The notes beneath the pieces were generated by a model that worked only from the letters and a program-made list of their open reading frames with translations, ran no database searches and was not told where the DNA came from. From the human T2T-CHM13v2.0 reference genome, Homo sapiens, in the NCBI RefSeq assembly GCF_009914755.1, contig NC_060927.1: a stretch of 64,000 nt of DNA; one strand, written 5' to 3'. Positions 13,191 to 24,415 of the stretch are shown here, one piece after another (position 1 is the first letter of the stretch; every line of letters begins with the position of its first letter). The position numbers and the translations under genes were made by a program.

Positions 13191-13549
13191 AAATTCTGTA
13201 TCTAGGAAACATCTTCACTCTTGCCACCTGCCTTCTACATTTTTTCGTCATTCCATCTATAAACCACAAATGGAGAAAAGGCAATGAAGCATAAAGCAGA
13301 GGAAGGAAAAGGGATGTATAAATATTTTCTTCAATATTATAGCAATTGGTATGTGTGTAACAGAGTAAAGGCAATTTGCGTGCCTGTCCCTGGTGTTCTT
13401 TGCCAGCAATTCTGATTTTGCACAAGGCACAGAGCAGGCCCTGTGATCAAGGTCTTTTCTCACACATTCATGTATCTATTATCTAGGAACCATCCCAAGT
13501 TTAATTTCATTGAAATGCTATTCTGATCACACCCAGATTTTACAGGTAA

Positions 13550-14210
13550 CGAACCTGGCTTCGCTGGGGCCACCCCTGAGAGCCGAAGGTAATGTGGGAG
13601 TCGCCTGTTAGCAGCTACATCATCTCGGTAACTATGTGCTCCACCACTCGCATCTCTTGCTCCCCTGTACCCCACCCCTTCTCGTTCCAGCAGGGATGGA
13701 GGAGAAAATTGCATTATATTTCTCGGCTCCATAAACTATGTCAATTTCTCTAGAAACAATATTAAATATGGTAATTTTCCCTTTCTTTCTCTTAATCCAT
13801 TACATTCTCCAACCTCAGTCACAACGACCTTTGAAAGAAAACAACAGCAAAGGCGTCTGGGTAATGTCATTATGCTAATTTGCTGGCGCTAATCTGTAGA
13901 AATCAAAAAGTAGTTATTAGAGTGGGGATCACTGTAAAAGAAAACACGGCAAACCTTCCTCTCGGCCCTCTTCTGCACCTGCAGTCCACTTCAGTGAGCT
14001 TTTTCTTTGCAGATTGGAAACTGACCACGATCTTATATTCATGTCCTGCCTGCATTTCTCTCACCTTAAGAAGTAATTGGCAGGGTTAGAGTTGATATTC
14101 CAAACTCTGCCGAGAATACAGAAGAATGAGAACTCTGGCTGCTTTTCTGGGAGTCGGGTTCACAAGGTGATCTGAGAGTAACTGTCGTGACTATGCTTTG
14201 CAAAATCGGC
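13550..14210. promoter_or_regulatory. Candidate enhancer (CpG-retaining unique sequence with homeodomain/POU motifs)
   Basis: About 18 CpGs counted by eye in about 660 bp of non-repeat DNA; TAATGTCATTA at 13862-13872 overlapping ATGCTAAT at 13872-13879. Confidence 0.35.
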
Positions 14211-15639
14211 AAAAATTCAGCACTTCACTAACCCTAATACAGCAAGAATCTGTAGAGCAGCTGAAGGTTAACACAACAATGAAAACAAACAAACAAACAA
14301 ACAGAAAAACTAGGTAATAATGCCACCATTTTTATTTCTCACACTCCTCAACCCCCACCTCTGATCCTAGGCTTTCCTGTGTGCCTGCTTTTCTTGCTAT
14401 CAACAGAGATCTTTCACCTGCCCTCAGAGGCCTATCAATGCTCAGTCTGGGATCCTCTAGGAGCCGCCAGAAGCCGCAGAATCACAGAGCAGAAAGAGGC
14501 TCTAGAAAGCATTAAGTCTTAGTGTATGGGATCTGCCCTCACTCTCTGCATTTTCTGAAATGAAAGAGGAGAGAGCTGGCCAAGTGGAGCAGCTCTTCCA
14601 GTCTTGCTGGGGGTAGATCTGACCTTCCTCCTTATGAGAGAAAGGGATGCAAGGAAATACCAATATCCAAATATTCTCTTTGGACCCTTAAACTTGTTTT
14701 CACTTACTGCATTGTTTAAAAGTGTCTGAAAGAAATTATTTTGTATAATTTCTAAAGTATGATAATGTTCACACTGAATCATACTTATTTTAGAAATGAC
14801 AATCCTATATATTCTAATTGGAATTAGGTATAAATAAATAGCCCTAATCTGTCTCATACTCAGACAGACAGCCAAGTTTGAAATTTGTCTAATAATTAGA
14901 GAAAAAAATAAAATGGTAAACCATGCACAGTGATATTTTATTTTGACATAGCTGCTCAATTTTCTTGGAGATATAAATGTGTTTAATCCATCTACATTCT
15001 CCCACATACATTCTGGCAAAATTGCTGCATTGTGACAGCCGAAACGCATTAATTACTTAAATGTTGCTTAACACTATAGCACTAAAGTACTTTATACAAC
15101 GTGAAAGGACAGAAGGGGTTTTTACATATTGTCAATTCATGGGTGAGGTTAGTAGGCTGAAAGTAGCAGGAGGCAAATGTGGCTGAGGGTTAAGTGCTGT
15201 GTCTCAGAACACCTGTGTTTATTTCTTAATACTGTTAGTCATTTCTGGAACTATATTCCATGGTGAGGATTTTTTTTTTGGCGGGGGGGCGGTGTTGATC
15301 ATTTTTGTTTTAACATTTCTGAATCTAGAAAATGAGATTTTGTTGTGGGTTACCACACATTCAGCATAAAACATTTATGTTAATAGAGGATTAGGAGTAG
15401 AAACTAATAGAAAACTGGTTTGATGTGCTTTTACTTAAAAAAAAGAAAAGTACAAAACCAGAGAAGAATACAGCTGTCAGCTATTAATACAACACAGCAC
15501 AGTGAGAGTAAAACCCACTTCTGGGGCAGCCCCAGATCTCCTCTGAGACAGCCCCAAGATAATCCAGACTGTCAGAGCACAGCCAGGCTGAATCGTGCTA
15601 TTCACTGGGTTCCCAGCACCACGCTCCAGTTCTGACCCT

Positions 15640-16330
15640 CTCCCTCCCTCTCGGGATGGATTGCTGCATCATCCATCCTCCTTAACTTATCTAGTACAGC
15701 CTTCTCTCATCCAATCCCAACAGGCTTTGCAGTTTCTCTTACAACACCAATCTGATAAAGCCAGCTCCTCACTCAAAAAGGCTTATGTGGCTCCCAATGC
15801 CTTTACAATAAATGGAAACTCACTGCCATGGTTAAGTCCTTTCACAATCAGGCCCCACCCTGCCTGCCAGTCTTTTATGCATCTCTTCATCCCTGCCATT
15901 CTCACTGGAGCCATGGAATACCACCGCAGTGCTCCATTAACATTCTTACCTCCACTTCTCTCTTTGCAATGTTCCTTCTTCCCAGAATGCCCTATGATCC
16001 CTTTTCTGGCTTCTCAAAACCCTGTCTATTCTGCCTGTTTCTCTTCAAATGTTATTCATCCTGAGAAGGTGCCCCTGGCACCTCTCTCCTGACCCAATCT
16101 CCATCACAGGCAACAGGTTTGTTCCTCACCCACACCCTCATAACACCCTGTTTCTATTACCTGCCAAGTCCTACCCTGCCTGGCCGTGCCCTCACTTGTG
16201 TAGGAGCTCGCCCTCCTCCAATAGATGGTGAGGTCCTTGCCTGCAGAGCTGGCATCTGAATGATTTCCAGTGTTCTGGTTCCCAGAACTATTCCTTGAAC
16301 CTACCAAGTACTGAATTAATACTTGTAGAC
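15640..16330 (+). mobile_element. L2 LINE 3' region
   Basis: aatctgat...ctcaaaa...tggctcccaatgcc...ttcacaatcaggccccaccctgcc...ttcccagaatgccc, ending in aattaatacttgt. Confidence 0.7.
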
Positions 16331-17879
16331 TCAAAGACTTCATTTAATTCCATTGAAAGAGACAATAGGTGGCTCCATTCTACCTAGGCAGCAGCGCTCC
16401 ATAGATAACAATATGGATGACTTTAACCAATATATTATGCTACATCTGTTTGGCTCTTTGTAATTCCCCAAGTGCAACGACAGTACATAAGACAGAAAAA
16501 AAAACCCACTGAAATGTCAGAGCCCCTAAGGCAGAGCTTTGGGGATGCTGGAAGCCGCTTGGGGATGTCTTCTGTTGTCTTGCAGTAGCAACAGTAACAG
16601 TAGGCTTTGGTAAGGCAGACAAAAGCTAAAACATCTCTAATTTTCTCATTCCTAAAGCTCCTCTTGCTTGGCAGTAGCTCTGGATGTGTGGGAAGGCCTT
16701 TGGGACATCTTTCTCCACAGCTGCCAGGTAGCTGCTTTTGCCGTGGATGATGTGGCTCTTCCTGTCAAACTCCCTCCACCCGGTCTGACTCCTTACACAA
16801 GGATGAATTGACGTTACATGTAAAAACAGTGGCAGTTATATGTGAGACCGAGGTGGTTTAATAAGTGAGCACATTCAGCCCACTCCCTTTGGGGGAAAAA
16901 AACCAATAAAGGTATTGACAAGGGAAATTGATGTTATCTTTGTAGACATTCATAAAGCATCGCTAAAACAATCCCCACAATAACATTTGCCTTTTCTTTC
17001 TCTGACTTGAGTTCCCTCTTCTGACCAGGACTACTTAATATGCTCTCCGGTCTCCGCAACTGAATGCAATAACAACAGTGTATTCAGAAGAGTAAACCAG
17101 GGAGACAGAGGAGATAAAATCTTTGCTCTGTTGCACGCAGCCTTTTGAGGTTAAGCATTCAGCTGAACTGCTTAAGCAATGAGAATCTGGTTCCATGCAG
17201 CTAGGGGGAGCCCAAACACAGTTGAATGTGCCCTGCTGAGCGAATGCATTTAAATTTTCTGTCCCTCAGCTTTCAGAGTGTCTTTTGAAAGTATCCCCTT
17301 TAATTGGCCCAGGGTAGAGGCTAGGCATCTGTGATTGAAGGAAGGAAAAACAGATGCAGTAGAATCCCCCAGACACATTCTAGAGGTTTATATGATTTGT
17401 GTTTCTGAGATAAGACCCTGTTTCCTGCAGTTGTACGTAGCCACGGCAAGAGTATCTAGAAAGATCATTTCATGGCTAGAAAAATTAGAAAACTTAAGAT
17501 GGGGATACGTTGCAACTGGCTTGTTTTCTCTACATAACCCACTTCTGAGTTTAATTCAATGGCTTCTGTTGTAGCATTTTTCCTTTTTTCAATATGGGGT
17601 TGTAATTACTCTTATACTAAAAAAGAGTGTGTGTGTGTGTCTGTGTATTTGGATTTCAAATACAATATTTAGATAAGAAGGAGATTATAACATGTAAATG
17701 AATAACAATAACCCTAAAACAAGCAGGCTAGAAACGCTTCCTAAATTACCAACAGGCGGATTGTATATTGGTTGTTCGAAAGTCTATCCACCCTGTTAGA
17801 AATAATAAATAATTTGTTCAGTTTCCCCAAACAAATAATAAAAGTTTCCTTAATGCACAATGTGCTTGATCATAACATG

Positions 17880-18143
17880 AGAAGCACGAGACTGTAGTAG
17901 AGTCACTTTATCAACTGTGTGAACTTAAGCAACCTGTTAACTTGACTGACCACGGATCCTTATTTTAAAATGGGGGTTATCATACCTACTTCCTTGTGTT
18001 ATTTTGAAGGTTAAATGTGCTTCGCACATTGCTTGGCACACCTAAATGTCTGATATTCCTAACCCTTATTCAGAGTCTGACATAGTGCTTGGGGTAAAAT
18101 AAGTACTCAAAAAACATTTGCTGAAAAAAATGAGTGAATAAAT
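17880..18143 (+). mobile_element. MIR followed by an L2 tail
   Basis: actgtgtgaacttaagcaa...aaaatggggg...; then acatagtgcttgg...actcaaaaaacatttgctgaa...tgaataaat. Confidence 0.55.
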
Positions 18144-20083
18144 GTAAGGAATTTTACATTCAATAATATCTCCATGGGATATATACAGGATCACATTTTC
18201 CTGACTGCTTCTCTCATCCTCTGTTATTTTGAAACTTGGGTGGGTGATTCCTCTCTCTTTCTTACTCCTTGATAGGAATGAGGACATCCCGAGATCTACT
18301 TTATTTAGACAGCTCCAAGCCCCAGCAGGATGAGGACTGTGGGTAGAAATGAGAGAGGTAAGTATCACCATTGTTGGGAAGGGGGATATCAATGGTTAAG
18401 GCTCAGGGTAGAATAAAAAATATAAATACTAGTTTTGATTCCCCCAAATTATAGAGGAAGGAAAGAGGCTCAGATTAGGGATACAGGGATAGCAACATTG
18501 AAAGGGAAGAAATACCAGCATGATGGAGTCTAGGAGGCTGTAGGGGGGAAAAGTATATATCAAATAAGAAAAAGGGCAGGAGTTCTGGGAAAGGACTGAT
18601 GACGTGGGTGAGGGAAGGAAGAATATGCTGAAATATGTCAATGCCGCAAACTAAGGTAATAAAAAGGATCAGAGAAAGAAACTGTGGCCTGGACTAGGAA
18701 CTGTTCAATTTCACAAGCAGGATGACGTCTATTCAGCCAGAAGAAGAGAAAAAGACACCAGGTCAGGGACAAAGCTGGAGAGCCCCTGTACCACAAGCAA
18801 TTGCAGAGCAACGGAAGCCAGAATCCCACTTGGAGGGTGGTACTGTCAACAAAAATTAGTGACACAGGCAGCTCAACCAGTAAACTGGGGTAAAATCTTT
18901 TCAACTAAAAGGTCCTTCCCAGACCAACCCAACTCACTACCTCTCTTAGTCCCTGAAGATCAGTTCCAGTATTTCTGGTCTGGTTTTCAAAGCTAGAAGG
19001 GTTCTTTACACTGTTGTTGCTATACTCAGAGAAGTGTCTAAGGACAGGTTTAGTTTCACTTTAGGGGATCATATTCTCCCTCAATCCTGTGTGTAATGCT
19101 TCCCTGGAATCTATTTTTCCCTTTGTCTTCTCCCAGAGATAGATTTTCTCCTGAAATAGGAACTAGATTTCAGCAAGAAGCCTGTTTCCAGCCTTGGTGT
19201 TTCCCAGTGTCAGCCTGTGTTAAAAGGCAGGAAGGCCCTGTGGCTGGAACCCCTATTGCAGAGACAAAGGACTCTCCTAAATAGGGATGCGTGCTCAGTG
19301 AAGATTTTCCACTTAATAAGAGTTTACATTTCTCAGCATCTTAATTGTAAGTCTAATAATTTAACAGAATGTATAGAAAAATGCTACCAGCACTTCTGTA
19401 CTTAAAATTATAGAATAAAATTGGACATTATTTGTTTAACACAAAGGAAAACTTTTCTAAATCTAGTTCACGTGCATTTGTAGATCAGTCGAGTATGGTT
19501 TATTTTGAGTTTGTGGAATTTGATGTTTTCCTAAAGGTAGTGTACGCACTGGCACCTGGAACAGTACCTGTATAACAGAGATAATGGATGTTCATAGTTT
19601 ATATAGTGTGTAGCTCAAGTTGCTATCTTGAAACAAAACAGCAGCAAATAAATTTTACAAACACTTTCATTGTTGCGACTTTTATAAAGCTGAGACAAAA
19701 TTACTGAGATATGTGATTTCTCTGAGGGCGGTTACTAGCTCCAGAATAACATGCTTAAATAATGTGTCCTCAGTATTCTGAACTTTTTTCCAAGATAGAG
19801 AAATATTCAGTTCACTGAACACCTCACCGTGTTTCAGTTTTTCTATTTACAAAATGAAAATTGCTATTCAAACTCACAAAAATGCTGAGAGAACTAATGA
19901 AATGCCAAGGACAGGGGGAAAAAAAAACATGCTTACCTGACTACATGTGTGTGATTATATATTCAGTAATACATAATTAAATGTATATTTTTTATCTATA
20001 TAATTAACTCATTTTTTCTTTGACTTATCAGAGATGTAAAATGAGTTTATACATTGAAATGGGACTAGCTAACCTAGATTTTA

Positions 20084-20125
20084 TTTAATTTAATTAATTT
20101 ATTTTGGTGGGGACAGGGTCTCACG
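20084..20125 (-). mobile_element. Extremely 5'-truncated Alu (short body plus AT-rich tail) inside a MIR
   Basis: gacagggtctcac is an antisense Alu 3' end. It is flanked by ctagatttta (20074-20083) and ctaggtttta (20126-20135). Confidence 0.55.
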
Positions 20126-20914
20126 CTAGGTTTTAGTTCAACAGCTCACTAGTTGTGTGACACTGGCCAAACAACTAACCATTTCTGAATCTTAATTTCC
20201 ATGAGGCTCTGATATTAAAATTTATATAAAAATACTGTGTAAACAGCAAAGTATGTTATGAATGTATGTTTTGCTGGACCTGAATGGATGCAGGAGTATA
20301 AATTCATACAGTTGAAAGACATTAAGCCACAGGGGAATTTCTTTGTAGCAGACAGGTGCCTAAACTTAGATTCCAAAGATTAGAACACAGAGGTATTAAA
20401 AGTAAATAGCATAGGGCCTTATGTAGTAAATAAGAACATGAATTATATGTGTTAGAAAAATGTTAAGTATTTCCTCCTTCTACCCAAAGAACAAGCAAGG
20501 GCTTTTAAATACAAAGAGAAAAAAATAGAGTAGAAAGAAAAGGCTACCAATACTGCTTGATATGAAGCATATTCTTATACAGATACATTTCCTGGAGACA
20601 TTCAGGATCATGTTAACAAAACTGGAGGAGGCAGCAGAGATGATATGGACTGGAGACACCAGTGTTTGCTTTTCATTTCCTTCCTTTAATAGAGTTGCTG
20701 GACTCTGACTCTGCCATGCACCCACTACCTTCTTCTAATATGCTACCATCTCTTTATTTTCTCTACTTCTTCCCTTTGACATCTCCCATCGCTTTGGCTC
20801 TAGCTCTTCCTACTACCATTGTAAAGTATAAACATGTATAGCCGATATATTCACATGGGAAGGTAAGTATATTACTTCTCTGGTAATATACCCATTTGAC
20901 TCATATGTAGCTGC

Positions 20915-21030
20915 TCCAAGAATCCTAATAATCCTAAGAGACTCAAAGAAGTTAAGAGCTTTGTTCAAGGTGACATAGCCGGTGATAGAGCCAGGGTTGA
21001 AATTCAAACCTGGACGGCTTCAGTGACTAT
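20915..21030 (-). mobile_element. MIR fragment
   Basis: gaagttaag...ttgttcaaggtgacatagc...agagccagggttgaaattcaaacctgg. Confidence 0.65.
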
Positions 21031-21589
21031 ATATTCCTTTCCAAAAACTGAAAGAAAGCATTTCGGGGGCATGAGGTTTGAAGTTTGGCAGGAAGCTGTG
21101 AAGAAGACAACCAAGGAAATGTTACTTGGCAGCAACTCCTTTCTTCACCTTAATTGTTTTTCTGGGATGCAAGCTCAGACAAGTACAAGGATAATGGCAG
21201 CCTAACAAAAGACCTCATTAGGCTGATGAACATGATTATTGAGGAAAGGATGAAAGCTACTCTGTGGAAGGAGAAGTCTTTATCAGAAGTTTGCTTTGGA
21301 GTAGACCAAATCTGATCTGCAACTGGAATCATGGTGGACGGAATGAGTTCCATCCCTCATCCTCTAAAGCTGCAGCAGGCATACCACTTGTCAATCTAGT
21401 GACACTGAGCTCAGGGCTAGATTTGTATACATTGGCTTGCTGTGTTCAGGAAAACTTTTTTCTGTTCTTCAGTGTGTTCTTCCAACATATTCATAAGGAA
21501 ATACAATCCATGCCTGGGTCACTTATAGAGGATGCTATTGCAGTCACCTCCTGCCTTTTTATTAACACATATCCTACCGGCAAGACATC

Positions 21590-21790
21590 GCCCGCCCTTC
21601 CTTCCTTCCTTCATTCCTTCCTTCCTTCCTGCCTGCCTGCCGGCCGGCCTTCCCCACTTCCCTCCCTTCTCTCCCTTCCTTCCCCCCTCCCTCTTTCCTT
21701 GCTTCCTTCCTTTCCTGCTTCCTCCCTTCCTTCTTTGCTTCATTTCTTTCTTTCTCCTTATTTCTTCCTTTACTTCCTTCCTTCCCTTCT
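21590..21790. repeat. (CCTT)n-like polypyrimidine repeat next to an antisense L2 tail
   Basis: Near-pure pyrimidine tract followed by caaatatatattgagcctc...taggcactgg. Confidence 0.9.
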
Positions 21791-22029
21791 CAAATATATA
21801 TTGAGCCTCTTCTATATGCACTGTGGTAGGCACTGGTGAAGAGGTTCTGTTTAACTGTGGTTCCCATGGGCCTTTTTTTCTCCTGTGTTCTTCTTTATTA
21901 TTCTTTTACACATGATTTTAAAATGAATCCTTCCAATCAAATGCTAGATTCGGTTTCTCTTTCCTCATTGTCTTTGAAAAGGATCATCCATCTACTCTTT
22001 TAAATAATAGTTTTTCCTACATGTCAAAC

Positions 22030-22245
22030 AAGAATGTGTATGCAATAAAAGTTTTGTCCTTAACTTGGACATGGATCATTAAGGAATTTAAAGATGTACT
22101 TCATTTATTTTATCATCTCCCTAAAACTGTAAGCAAAATTTTGTTCCTGGGTGTGTAGATACTTTTTTGTTTTCTGGAAATAGATCCATAGTTTACATCA
22201 GATTTGCAAAGGGGTCTATAATCTAAAAATAGTTAAGAGCCTCTG
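22030..22245. mobile_element. hAT-Charlie type DNA transposon relic
   Basis: Terminus catcagatttgcaaaggggtc...gttaagagcctctg. Confidence 0.5.
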
Positions 22246-23274
22246 AGCTGTTTGAATATAATGGTGATAAAATTTATAAAGTTTGTTCTTTGTATAGGCT
22301 TAACATTAGGGCTTTTTCTCATATATTATCTGATTTCCTGATTATCACAATTGTGATGAACACAAATGAAGACTATTATCACTGAGTATATCTTGATGGT
22401 ACATTTTTAAAGTTTGGCCTGTCTCAACATGATATAAAAAGAATTTGGATTACTCAGAAAAAGGGACTGGTGTAAGATTTAATTTACAATGTATACCTTA
22501 CTTCAAATTAACATGGTGTAAATCCTATTCAATGAAAGTCTTTTGATGCATTCACAAAGCATTAAAGCACATCTTTATGGGACTGCTTGGTGAAAAAAAT
22601 GTGCTTCAAAGGAACAAAAATTAGCAATTATTTTAGCCAGCTTTGCTTGCTACAGCCCCATATACGTGATTAATAAGGGAATGGATTTATGGACATTGGT
22701 TTATTATTTAGAGCTGATGAGACTTTACATAGTAGTAGTGATACCCTTGGGGGTAATGTACCCAAATTATCCCTCTTTCTACATTTACAAAAGAGGCAGA
22801 ACATTCATCATCTATTCTTGCCTTGTCGATTTAGAGGGGGGGCATAAGAAGCAACCAGTGCTTACAATCTTAGAGAATTAGCCAGCCTCAACCTAGGAAG
22901 AAACTCAGGAGTCAAATTGTCTCCTGGAGGCTGAGATGCACTTGAGCCAAGCTCCTTGTCCTTTTATCATAGGGAGATCAGACCCACTCAGCCCAAAAAA
23001 GCAGAACTGGGAATTAAGAGCTCTGTGCCCTTGAATTCTGTAAATAAAAATTGAACCCCTCGTCACATCATTTTTACATCTGAAGTGAAATTTTCATGGA
23101 AATACAAGGTTAATGATCCCAGAAACTAGATTTCAGTGTGAAATAGGCATTGGAACAGCCTTGTTACATTAGTGGCATATTGAGAAAAGAAACTGAGAAC
23201 AGCTTATAGAGGAAAATAAAAAACACTGCATACTAGTCAATTCATTCATTAATTCACTAAACAAAAATTTATGT

Positions 23275-23382
23275 GGCCCACTCCAAGATATGTATTCAAA
23301 TGAACTGAAAACCTATGTTCACACCAAAACCTTTACTCTGATGTATAGAACAGCTTTATTCATAACTGCCCCAAACTGAATA
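23275..23382 (+). mobile_element. Old L1 (L1M) fragment, left part, interrupted by the provirus
   Basis: aactgaaaacctatgttcacaccaaaacc...cagctttattcataactgccccaaactg; the L1 continues after 32205. Confidence 0.75.
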
Positions 23383-24237
23383 TGTCCGAGGCATGTGAGC
23401 CAGAGCAACTCCATCTTAAATAGGAGCTGGGTAAAATGAGGCTGAAACCTACTGGGTTGCATTCCCAGACGGTTAAGGCATTCTAAGTCACAAGATGAGA
23501 CAGGAGGTCAGCACAACATACAGGTCATAAAGACCTTGCTGATAAAACAGGTTGCAGTGAAGAAGGCGACCAAAACCAAATGGCCACGAGAGTGACCTCT
23601 GATCGTCCTTACTGCTACACTCCCACCAGCACCATGACAGTTTACAAATGCCATGGCAAAGTCAGGAAGTTACCTTTATGGTCTAAAAATGAGAGGCATG
23701 AATAATCTACCCCTTGTTTAGCACATCATCAAGAAATAACCATAAAAATGGACAACCAGGCCAGGTGCAGTGGCTCAATGCCTGTAATCACAGCACTTTG
23801 GGAGGCCGAGGCATGTGGATCACCTGAGACCAGGAGTTTGAGACCATTCTGGCCAACATGATGAAACCCCATCTCTACTAAAAATACAAAAAGTTAGCCA
23901 GGTGTGGTGGCATGCACCTGCAATGTCAGCTACTTGGGAAGCTGAGACAGGAGAATCGCCTGAACCCGGAGGCAGAGGTTGCAGTGAACCAAGATTGCAC
24001 CACCGCACTCCAGCCTGGGCAACAAGAGCAAAACTCAGTCTCAAAAAAAAAAAAAAAAAAAAAGACAACCAGCAGCCCTCTCAGCTGCCCTGTCTATGGA
24101 GTGGCCATTCTTTTATTTCTTTACTTTCTTGATAAACTTGCTTTCACTTTGCACTGCGGACTTGCCCTGAATTCTTTCTTGCATGAGATCCAAGAACCCT
24201 CTCTCAGGGTCTGGATCAGGACCCCTTTCCTGTAACA
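23383..24237 (+). mobile_element. 5' LTR, MER41A-type (ERV1), with an Alu insertion
   Basis: TG...CA ends; ccagagcaactccatcttaaataggagctgggtaaaatgaggctga; homologous to 31324-32205. Confidence 0.9.
23759..24063 (+). mobile_element. Alu (Sq/Sp-like) inside the 5' LTR
   Basis: Full dimer; ggcaacaagagcaaaact; TSD gacaacca (23751-23758 / 24064-24071). Confidence 0.95.
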
Positions 24238-24415
24238 TATTTCTGGCTACCACGAAGGGATTCTAGTCCAGAAACCCTGACCCAACAGCTACCTTTGGGT
24301 AAGTGTTGGGGTCCTGTAACATCTTTCTGGTGACCACAGAAGTAACTGTACTGCAGAAACCCCCAAACCAAAGGCTAACTTTGGGTAAGTGGTGGGGTCC
24401 GGTAACATCTTTCTC

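Noticed and set aside
15605-15635. Partial REST/RE1-like motif (cagcaccacg)
   Set aside because: The right half-site GGACAG is absent.
19925-19950. Second minus-strand CAG|GTAAGC
   Set aside because: No polypyrimidine tract upstream of the AG, so not a recursive site. The same applies to TAG|GTAAGT near 46105.
21264-21839. 191-aa and overlapping ORFs
   Set aside because: Run through the (CCTT)n low-complexity tract.
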